Of a DNA stretch of 64,000 nt, positions 57,249 to 64,000 are shown in pieces. Source of the stretch: Methanomassiliicoccales archaeon (GTDB lineage Archaea; Thermoplasmatota; Thermoplasmata; RBG-16-68-12; SOIM01); assembly GCA_030593885.1 (NCBI GenBank), contig JAUVGH010000002.1, forward strand, positions 21,922 to 85,921, read 5' to 3'. The notes beneath the pieces are model-generated. The model had not been told where the DNA came from. It worked only from the letters and a program-made list of their open reading frames with translations, and searched no databases. The translations under genes were made by a program, and so were the position numbers. Position 1 is the stretch's first letter. Each line of letters opens with the position of its first letter.

Positions 57249-57751
57249 ATGAGCGGATTGAAAGAATGAAGAAAGTGGTCTCAGCTGCGAAGGAGGTCTC
57301 CGAATCAATCGAAGAATCTTCCCAGAAGGATGTTGCCCTTGCAGAGGTTCTTCGCAAGATGCTCGACTTGGAGTTCCCCCTTCCAGGAAGGAAGGACATT
57401 GTTGCCGAAACAAGACTCGAAGACACTCCTGCCGTAGTGGAATCCGATGTCTCGAGAATCTCTATCGGAGAATACTTGATAGAGAATGACCTGAAAACCC
57501 ATACGGATATTGTCCTGGCTATGGCGTACTTTCTCCTGAAGAACAGGAATCAGGTTGAATTCACAAGTGCAGATTTGAATGCCCTATACGAGGAGGCTCG
57601 ACATCCGAAGACAAACATCAATCTGGCGATTATCTCTAACATTAAGAAGGGCCTCATGGTTGAGAGAGGAAAGAAGGAGGGGTACAAGCTCTTCTCCATT
57701 TCAATGACTGGAGAAAGATATGTTGAAAGTAATTTCAGTTTTCCAAAGTGA
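57245..57751 (+). CDS. Hypothetical protein, paralog of 55810..56313; translationally coupled to the wHTH gene
   Basis: ATGA overlap with the upstream gene. Paralogy as described for 55810..56313. Confidence 0.5.
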   Translation: MNERIERMKKVVSAAKEVSESIEESSQKDVALAEVLRKMLDLEFPLPGRKDIVAETRLEDTPAVVESDVSRISIGEYLIENDLKTHTDIVLAMAYFLLKNRNQVEFTSADLNALYEEARHPKTNINLAIISNIKKGLMVERGKKEGYKLFSISMTGERYVESNFSFPK

Positions 57752-57763
57752 CGGGGGCTATCT

Positions 57764-58549
57764 TTGACCACATCACCTCTACTAAGGAACGCAGTAGAAT
57801 CTCTCGAACATGGCCTGGATCACTACTCTAGAAACACTGGCCTGGATCGGAAATTCGCGATTCTCCATATAGATCAGGCTATCGAGCTCATACTGAAGGA
57901 AGCAGTACGCTCGCTGGGTCTGTCGATCTACCGTAAGGACAGAAAGACGACCATTGGCCTCCACGAAGCTCTAGATATTCTCCAAGACAATGGTGTTGCT
58001 GTTCAGGAAAGACCAGACCTAGAGCTTCTTCACGATGAGAGAAACAGTATTCAACACACGAATTCCACCCCAGATGAGGATACGACTGTATTCTATGTTG
58101 AGACTGTACTGAGGTTCACTTCTCAATTCCTGCCCAATCAGCTTGGTGCGAATTTAGAGGACATGATGTCCCAGAAGGATTATGAGGAGATCTATGGGAC
58201 ATTCGAGGACAGAGATGTAGAGTCGAAGATGCAATCCCTCCTAGAGTCATCAGCCAAGAACTCAATTCTTGACACGGCTTCATCCATTGTCTCAGCATCG
58301 ATTTGCCTGGAACTCCTCCTGAGACATAGACTCCCAGAGACTATCGAGAATGTCGATCAAATGACCATTGAAGAACTACTTGGGCTAGCCGGTGAAACTG
58401 GAGTGTTGAACGGTGGAAGTCAAGCATTCGCTCGGGATTTGCTAGCTGTCAGGAATAGAGTCATGCATGAGGGGTACAAGCCGTCGACTGGGAACGCAGT
58501 TGACTTCTACCATTTCGTGAAGAGGCTGGTAGAGAAGGATTCTGGCTAG
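57764..58549 (+). CDS. Putative tandem-HEPN RNase-like protein (two R-N-x3-H motifs)
   Basis: 'LLHDERNSIQH' (aa 88-98; nt 58040-58057) and 'LLAVRNRVMHEG' (aa 226-237; nt 58451-58468) both fit the HEPN Rx4-6H motif with the usual Asn after Arg. Predicted alpha-helical. Confidence 0.45.
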   Translation: MTTSPLLRNAVESLEHGLDHYSRNTGLDRKFAILHIDQAIELILKEAVRSLGLSIYRKDRKTTIGLHEALDILQDNGVAVQERPDLELLHDERNSIQHTNSTPDEDTTVFYVETVLRFTSQFLPNQLGANLEDMMSQKDYEEIYGTFEDRDVESKMQSLLESSAKNSILDTASSIVSASICLELLLRHRLPETIENVDQMTIEELLGLAGETGVLNGGSQAFARDLLAVRNRVMHEGYKPSTGNAVDFYHFVKRLVEKDSG

Positions 58550-58925
58550 TCCTTTGGCATTCCGGCCTCTATTCCCGTCCTATGAGGCCTGTAAAAGAAC
58601 ATCCCCAACATTGAGCTAGGATTCTTATGTCAAAGAGGTGCCCTAGCGAAATGGGTTATTAGTCAAACACTCACCTTTGGAGGGGGGGGAGTCGCAGGAT
58701 GATGTGTTTCGGCAAGACAGCTATTGCAGGAGACTAATGTCTCAGAAAACGATGAGGTTATGGGAATGAAGCCAAAGGCATTCGAAATACTCTCGGACCT
58801 TCTCCAGCAGGTAAGAGAGAATCAGCTTAAGAATACGAGATGATTCGAACCTTGGCTATTCATCTCCCCCCGGCGTAATTCCTTCAATGTTCGACCTTCT
58901 CCCAGAATCAAGCTCGAAAAACAAC

Positions 58926-59195
58926 TCAAAACAGCTTGGAGAAGTCATCATAGACGTTCTTTCTGTGTCCAATGAACAACACGATCACTCTGTTCTCTTC
59001 TTCATCAATCTCATATATCGCCCTGTAGTCCCCGATCCTCAAGGTCCGGAAGTCGGAATACCTCAAGCGTTTGCCTCTTCGCTCTGGATGATCCTCCAAT
59101 TCCTCCACTCTGCTCTTAATCCTCGCTCTTAAGTCCTTATCTAACTTGGAAAGAAACCTGGTAGATTTGGGGTGAAGAAGGACCTTGAAACTCAT
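58926..59195 (-). CDS. RelE/ParE-family toxin
   Basis: 89-aa protein with RelE/ParE-like features ('...RIGDYRAIYEIDEEENRVIVLFIGHRKNVY'). 4-nt overlap with the upstream RHH gene. Confidence 0.75.
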   Translation of the reverse strand: MSFKVLLHPKSTRFLSKLDKDLRARIKSRVEELEDHPERRGKRLRYSDFRTLRIGDYRAIYEIDEEENRVIVLFIGHRKNVYDDFSKLF

Positions 59196-59413
59196 TCGAT
59201 TTCCTCAAGAGGCACGAGGATCTCGGGCTTCTCCCTCGCCTCCTTACTCCTTTCGACCAGCATCTGGTAGAACTCGCGTGTCTTCTCACGTTCCTCATAC
59301 AGAGCGACAATCGTCTTGATCGCGTCGCTTCTGCTCTTGAACCTGCCTCTGGACACCCATCGGTCAATGTCCTTCACGAGGTCTTCTGGCATTCTCAGTT
59401 GGACCTGGACCAT
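59192..59413 (-). CDS. Ribbon-helix-helix (CopG-like) antitoxin
   Basis: 'MVQVQLRMPEDLVKDIDRWVSRGRFKSRSDAIKTIV' is an RHH fold. It lies upstream of, and overlaps, the toxin gene. Confidence 0.7.
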   Translation of the reverse strand: MVQVQLRMPEDLVKDIDRWVSRGRFKSRSDAIKTIVALYEEREKTREFYQMLVERSKEAREKPEILVPLEEIE

Positions 59414-59573
59414 TATCTATCACTGTAAACAGAATTGTTTACAAAGTACTTCAACCTTTCTTTGGGGTTCTCACACGTGTAAACAGGAAGCTGGCCCGAG
59501 AAGATCCTGTGGAGAGATATCATTCACAGGTGGACTGGCTTTCGAATCTCCTACACGGCGTTCCAGAAAAGAA

Positions 59574-59762
59574 TCAACCGCCCCACTGCCACTCGGCGTA
59601 TGCAACGACGGCGATCATGAGAATGCCGAAAAGTACGACCAGCTTGGGATTGACCTTGAGGGCCTTCTCGTCCTCTGAATCGAAGTATCTGATCAATCCA
59701 GCCGCGGAATGGAATCCTTCCTTCTTGCTTTCCTTAGGCAATCTCCGACCTCGAGGTGTCAA
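59574..59762 (-). CDS. secG: Preprotein translocase subunit Sec61beta (SecG)
   Basis: 'SAAGLIRYFDSE...' motif plus a single C-terminal TM helix, at the typical ~60 aa size. Confidence 0.7.
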   Translation of the reverse strand: MTPRGRRLPKESKKEGFHSAAGLIRYFDSEDEKALKVNPKLVVLFGILMIAVVAYAEWQWGG

Positions 59763-60036
59763 TTAACGAATGGGATATAAATAGGTTTCGAGGATGATCG
59801 ATGGAAGGGTCTCTGGCACGTGCGGAATGTTGGTTCTGATTCTTGGCTGTGTACATAACCGAAGAATGGCGTGGTGTTGATTGATTTCCAGCCCTTTTTG
59901 GTTACACATATGACCGAAGAATGAGCGTTCTACGAGGGATGCCTTCCAAAAGATAACTAACATCTGGCTACCAATTATGACAACATATAAATACACCCAA
60001 TCTTAATGATACTGCCCCTAAAACCATTGGTACAAC

Positions 60037-60324
60037 ATGCGGAGGAGTACGATGACGGAGGAGAACACAGTATACATTGGAAAAAAGCCGACCATGAACT
60101 ACGTTCTGGCCGTGGTGACACAATTCAACAGTGGTTCGGATGAGGTTGTCATCAAGGCTAGAGGGAGATCGATCAGCAAGGCCGTGGACGTTGCGGAGAT
60201 AACCAGGAACAGGTTCGTGCAGGACGCGGAGTTGACAGACATAAAGATTTCCACGGAAGAGCTGGAGGGAGAGGAAGGCAGGGTAGCAAACGTCTCAAGC
60301 ATCGAGATATTCCTGAAGAAATAA
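60037..60324 (+). CDS. albA: DNA/RNA-binding protein Alba
   Basis: '[49 protein letters not shown]' is the canonical Alba core. Confidence 0.85.
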   Translation: MRRSTMTEENTVYIGKKPTMNYVLAVVTQFNSGSDEVVIKARGRSISKAVDVAEITRNRFVQDAELTDIKISTEELEGEEGRVANVSSIEIFLKK

Positions 60325-60389
60325 GCGGGACGAGTGCACATTTTTTCGAGTGTTGCATCCAGCATCCGAGTAGCGGAGAGTTTACAGAG

Positions 60390-61628
60390 ATGTCGAACGG
60401 TCTAGGAGAAGTGGTCGAAGCCGCAAAGGAGGCAGAGATAGCGGAGAAGCTCTCGGATAAACCGTTGTGCGACCATTGTCTCGGTAGGCTCTTTGGCAAG
60501 GTTTCGACAGGGCTGGACAACCCGAGCAGAGGCAAGGCGATCAGAAAATCCCTTGGTTTTGAGCTGGGCGACAAGTGCTGGCTGTGCGAGGGACTCTTCG
60601 ATGAGATAGAGAAGTTCAGCGACATGATCGAGGAGGAGCTGGAGAACATAGAGTACGATAGCTTCCTGGTGGGCAGCAAGATAGACCCTGAGATAGAGTC
60701 CAGGGAAGAGAACCTGTGGGTGGAGCTGGACCTGCACAACTTCGAGATAACCAAGGCGGAGATGAACCGGGAGATCGGCAAGATACTCGAACCGAGGACC
60801 GGAAAGGTGGTTGAGTTCAAGAGGCCGGACGTGGTGGCGCTGATGAACACAGCTTTCGATGACGTGGAGCTCACCATAAACCCCATATTCGTCTACGGAA
60901 GGTACAAGAAGTTCGTCAGGGACGTTCCCCAGACCACCTGGTCGTGTCGTTCGTGCTGGGGCGTCGGATGCGAGAAGTGCGACAACACAGGAAAAGAATA
61001 CCAGCACAGCGTGAAGGACCTGATCGGCGAACCGTTCCTAGTAGAAACGGACAGCGAGGACTATTCATTCCACGGAGCCGGCAGGGAGGACGTGGATGTC
61101 AAGATGCTTGGAAGGGGAAGGCCGTTCGTGCTGGAACTCTTGCGTCCGAAGAAGAGGACGATCGACCTGCAGAAGATGCAGAAAGAGGTCAACAGATCAG
61201 AGGCCATCGAGGTCACCGATCTCAAGCCTTCAAGCCGCAAGGAGATTGTGGAACTGAAGTCCGCCAGGTACGCCAAGAGCTACAAGGCGATCGTCGAACT
61301 GGACCAGCCAGTGCCAGAACCAAAACTTAAAGAAGTAGTATCATCATTCAAGGGAGAAGAGATCGCCCAGCAGACGCCAGCGCGGGTCGCCAAGCGAAGA
61401 GCGGACAAGGTACGGAAAAGGACGATACAGGACATAGAAGCGACCTTGCTCGATGACGGAACTGCTGAGATCTACATCAAGGCGGAAGCTGGAACGTACA
61501 TCAAGGAGTTGGTCAACGGAGACGAGGGGAGGACCAGGCCGAGTCTGGCAGAGATGTTAGGGGTAGGTTGCAGAGTCAAGTTTCTTGATGTGATGGATAT
61601 ACACGACGAGGATGGTGAAGATGGTTAG
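60390..61628 (+). CDS. pus10: tRNA pseudouridine synthase Pus10
   Basis: N-terminal zinc ribbon 'LCDHCLGRLFGK...CWLCEGLF', a second 'CRSCWGVGCEKC', a THUMP-like and a PUS catalytic region. Size typical of archaeal Pus10. Confidence 0.75.
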   Translation: MSNGLGEVVEAAKEAEIAEKLSDKPLCDHCLGRLFGKVSTGLDNPSRGKAIRKSLGFELGDKCWLCEGLFDEIEKFSDMIEEELENIEYDSFLVGSKIDPEIESREENLWVELDLHNFEITKAEMNREIGKILEPRTGKVVEFKRPDVVALMNTAFDDVELTINPIFVYGRYKKFVRDVPQTTWSCRSCWGVGCEKCDNTGKEYQHSVKDLIGEPFLVETDSEDYSFHGAGREDVDVKMLGRGRPFVLELLRPKKRTIDLQKMQKEVNRSEAIEVTDLKPSSRKEIVELKSARYAKSYKAIVELDQPVPEPKLKEVVSSFKGEEIAQQTPARVAKRRADKVRKRTIQDIEATLLDDGTAEIYIKAEAGTYIKELVNGDEGRTRPSLAEMLGVGCRVKFLDVMDIHDEDGEDG

Positions 61629-61914
61629 AGCGTCAAAAGGAACAAGGAGAAGGACGAGGCATAAGTTCAGCAAGAAGGCACGGGAAAGAGGACTATCGCC
61701 TATCACAAGGAGCTTCGTCGAGTACTCCGAAGGGGAGAAGGCCAACATCGTCATCGACCCGAGCATACAGAAGGGTCAACCTCATTCACGTTTTCACGGT
61801 CAAACCGGGACAGTGATCGGGACCCAGGGGGGCGCATACCTCCTGAAGGTCAGAATGGGCAACGCCATGAAGACGGTGGTCGTGAGCCCAGAACATTTAA
61901 GGAAGTCGAGGTAG
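61612..61914 (+). CDS. rpl21e: 50S ribosomal protein L21e
   Basis: 'RASKGTRRRTRHKF...' eL21 signature. Confidence 0.85.
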   Translation: MVKMVRASKGTRRRTRHKFSKKARERGLSPITRSFVEYSEGEKANIVIDPSIQKGQPHSRFHGQTGTVIGTQGGAYLLKVRMGNAMKTVVVSPEHLRKSR

Positions 61915-61924
61915 GGGGTTTTTC

Positions 61925-62248
61925 TTGGTTAAAGAAGAGTATCTGTCCCTTGCAGATGTGAAAGAATTGCTTGAGAAGGAAAAGGACAACAGGGAAGAGC
62001 TGATGCCCGAGCAGAAGCTGGCCCTCTCGCACGCCGATGCGTTCGCCAAGCTGTCCAGGACGAAGGTGAAGAAGCTGGTCGCCGAACTCGTCAAGATGGA
62101 CCAGATGTCCGAGCCGAACGCGTACAAGATCGCGGACCTGATGCCGGAGGAACCGGAAGAGGTCAGGGCGATATTCTCCAAGGAGAGGTTCACGCTCACC
62201 AAGGATGAGACCGACCAGGTTCTCAAGCTCGTGAGGAAATATCTTTGA
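61925..62248 (+). CDS. rpoF: DNA-directed RNA polymerase subunit Rpo4/F (probable)
   Basis: ~107-aa helical protein in the conserved archaeal L21e-RpoF-DUF655 gene order. The assignment rests mostly on synteny. Confidence 0.5.
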   Translation: MVKEEYLSLADVKELLEKEKDNREELMPEQKLALSHADAFAKLSRTKVKKLVAELVKMDQMSEPNAYKIADLMPEEPEEVRAIFSKERFTLTKDETDQVLKLVRKYL

Positions 62249-62252
62249 GGCG

Positions 62253-62807
62253 GTGGTTTTGGAAGACTATGCACACATCCTGGATTATTTGCCCCAAGGA
62301 AGAGTTGAGGGCGGCAGGTTCGGCAAGGAGCCGATAGCGTACGCCCTGGGCGAGGACGAGTTCAAGCTGTTCGAGCTGATACCGAAGGAAAATGCCACTA
62401 TGGTGATCGGGGACAGGGTGTACGTCGGGAAAGAGGTCGAGCAGAGGCAGGATATCCTTCATGTAAAGCGGAGGATAAGCTATGACGAGCTTACGAACGC
62501 TGCCCAGAGCGAGCTGATGTTCGTCATCGACAAGGTCGTCAAGGAGAAGGAGGAGAAGTTCGTTACATTCTTCAATCACGCTCAGTCGATCACCACCAGG
62601 TTCCACATGTTGGAGCTGTTGCCTGGTCTGGGCAAGAAGAGCATGTGGTCCATCGTTGAGGAGAGGAGAAGGGGGGATTTCGTCAGTTTTGATAATCTGG
62701 CGAAGAGGGTCGGTTCGATACCTCATCCGGCGAAGTTTGTGGCCAAGAGGATACACTTGGAGATATCGGACCCGGAGCAGAAGTATCATATTTTTGTGGC
62801 GAAGTAG
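62253..62807 (+). CDS. DUF655-family archaeal RNA-binding protein
   Basis: Conserved partner of rpoF. Contains an S1/OB-like N-terminus and a helix-hairpin-helix-like C-terminus ('LELLPGLGKKSMWSIVEERR'). Confidence 0.65.
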   Translation: MVLEDYAHILDYLPQGRVEGGRFGKEPIAYALGEDEFKLFELIPKENATMVIGDRVYVGKEVEQRQDILHVKRRISYDELTNAAQSELMFVIDKVVKEKEEKFVTFFNHAQSITTRFHMLELLPGLGKKSMWSIVEERRRGDFVSFDNLAKRVGSIPHPAKFVAKRIHLEISDPEQKYHIFVAK

Positions 62808-62865
62808 TTCGGCTTGAGGCAAAAGGATTTCATACACGTTTCACCCTACGGATATCCGAGGGATA

Positions 62866-63291
62866 ATGCCAAAACGCGTCGAAAAGATCCGGATTGTCAC
62901 TGACGGAGCATCCAGAGGTAACCCAGGTCCCGCCGCAATCGCTTACGGCATTTACGATGAGAACTGGAATCGCCTGAGAGAGAACAAGGAATACATCGGT
63001 AGTGCCACAAGTAATGAGGCTGAGTACAGGGCCCTTATCGAAGCTCTTGACTGTGCGACGGAGCATTGCAGACAGGAGATTGAACACTACTCCGACAGTG
63101 AGCTGGTCATAAAACACTTGAGTGGAGAGTACAGAGTGAAAGCCAAGAACCTGAAACCTCTCATCGAAGAGGTCTTCAACAAGAGGCAATACTTCAATTC
63201 AGTAACTCACAAGCACTTGCCGAGATCCAACCCGAGAATTCAACGAATAGACAATCTTGTGAATCAAGAGCTGGATGATTTGGGATACTGA
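62866..63291 (+). CDS. rnhA: Ribonuclease HI
   Basis: RNase H type 1 catalytic residues in context ('IVTDGASRGNPGPAAIAYGI', 'TSNEAEYRALIEAL', 'YSDSELVIKH'). Confidence 0.8.
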   Translation: MPKRVEKIRIVTDGASRGNPGPAAIAYGIYDENWNRLRENKEYIGSATSNEAEYRALIEALDCATEHCRQEIEHYSDSELVIKHLSGEYRVKAKNLKPLIEEVFNKRQYFNSVTHKHLPRSNPRIQRIDNLVNQELDDLGY

Positions 63292-63352
63292 CACCAATTA
63301 GCCCTTACATGACTACTGGTGCGGAGGTTGAAACCTGAATTCAAGCGACCTT

Positions 63353-63925
63353 GTGAAAGGTAGACTCATCTTCGATGAGAGGAATGATGAAGTTCTTCGA
63401 AGAAGATGGAGAAGGTTCAAGATCAAAACAATAGGGCTCTCGATATTCCTTGCTGTCATTGTTCTCTTCGTTCTGGTTCTCTTTTGGCATCGTTCTGAAC
63501 AGACTGATTCCTTGTTCGTGTTTCTGATGCTTTGGTCTGCAACCTTCTTAGGCGGCCTCGCCATTATCTCTCTTCTGGTTGGCCTTTGGAGGTCACCACA
63601 CACACTTGTCTTTGAGAATGGAGTAGAGTTCTATGGAGGTCTTCTCTCCAAGAGACAGTTCTTCCGATTTGAATCGATTGAGAAAGTGTATGCTCGAATC
63701 GATGACAATAGTGGAATCAGTATGGATTACATCGTGCTGATTCTCAACAAAGTGGCAAAGAAGAGGCATTTGGTGTTGGGTGAGGGTCACTTCGTTGACA
63801 TCGAGAAACTCTTTGAACTAATCGAGAGTAAGGTGATGGTTGATTTCGAACCGGTGAGAGAAGAGGAACTGGTGAGAACCCTGCGAAAGAGGGGGATCCT
63901 GGGGCGGTTCGAAACGCTCATATAG
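63353..63925 (+). CDS. Hypothetical membrane protein (2 TM helices)
   Basis: Two hydrophobic helices near the N-terminus. No recognisable family. Confidence 0.4.
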   Translation: MKGRLIFDERNDEVLRRRWRRFKIKTIGLSIFLAVIVLFVLVLFWHRSEQTDSLFVFLMLWSATFLGGLAIISLLVGLWRSPHTLVFENGVEFYGGLLSKRQFFRFESIEKVYARIDDNSGISMDYIVLILNKVAKKRHLVLGEGHFVDIEKLFELIESKVMVDFEPVREEELVRTLRKRGILGRFETLI

Positions 63926-64000
63926 TGTGCCAGGGTTACCGCCAAAATCGCGTGAAAGAGTTCACTCATAGAGGATGAACCAGCAAAAGTACTTTCATCC

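Larger units (their letters stand above)
55598..59560. mobile_element. Candidate integrated element or degraded genomic island inserted at the tRNA-Ser 3' end (no integrase recognisable)
   Basis: AT-richer segment directly abutting the tRNA. The 17/20-nt copy of the tRNA 3' end 'ttcgaatctcc..c.cggcg' at 59541-59560 gives the right boundary. Cargo is unknown-family proteins, a HEPN-like protein and a toxin-antitoxin pair. Core genes (Sec61beta) resume at 59574. Confidence 0.4.

Noticed and set aside
58862-58875. Second, weaker copy of the tRNA 3' end (atctccccccggcg)
   Set aside because: It is only 14 nt and has an indel. I kept it as a note inside the island finding, not as a separate att site.
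59521-59560. Possible second tRNA (TTCGAATCTCC T-loop-like string)
   Set aside because: No complementary T-stem or acceptor stem can be drawn. It is better explained as a partial direct repeat (att-like) of the tRNA-Ser 3' end.
60173-61007. Minus-strand ORFs (237 aa, 201 aa) overlapping pus10
   Set aside because: Antisense to the Pus10 ORF, which has clear zinc-ribbon and PUS motifs.

Overview
Archaeal chromosomal window of about 55-58% GC. The gene content is unambiguously archaeal: ribosomal proteins eS19, L39e, L31e and L21e, eIF6, Alba, Sec61beta, Pus10, Rpo4/RpoF-DUF655, split glycine-cleavage P protein, HdrBC, geranylgeranyl reductase plus ferredoxin, and archaeal-type AspRS and AlaRS. 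It is probably a Thermoplasmatota-like euryarchaeon, but that placement is not proven.

Two accessory regions interrupt the housekeeping core.

(1) A ~34 kb cell-surface megalocus at 2919-37011 encodes nine secreted or C-terminally membrane-anchored proteins. The main members are a 4557-aa giant with about 30 tandem DUF11 units, 4 PKD domains and a TM anchor; a 1750-aa protein built from ~45-aa repeats plus BNR and Kelch motifs; an FG-GAP/ASPIC protein; and two convergent NosD-like beta-helix paralogs. Two further proteins open with homologous thioredoxin-like CxxC domains. Four of the nine proteins end in the same uncharacterised tandem C-terminal module ('GWNLIGYPS ... GQGYWI ... TV.N'). That module is the best candidate here for an undescribed sorting or binding domain.

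(2) A ~4 kb AT-richer island at 55598-59560 sits immediately 3' of an intron-containing tRNA-Ser(CGA). It is bounded by a 17/20 copy of the tRNA 3' end. It carries an operon of a wHTH regulator, two paralogous unknown-family proteins and a small protein with two HEPN-like Rx4H motifs, plus a RelE/ParE-RHH toxin-antitoxin pair. No integrase is present. This is a candidate novel defence or abortive-infection module.

Other notable points are a lipid-biosynthesis cluster (GGR, its ferredoxin, and a large radical-SAM protein that may be Tes-like) and a ~110-bp diverged duplication of the tctA 5' end that flanks a 3.4 kb segment. All calls are from reading the sequence and ORF translations; no database searches were run.
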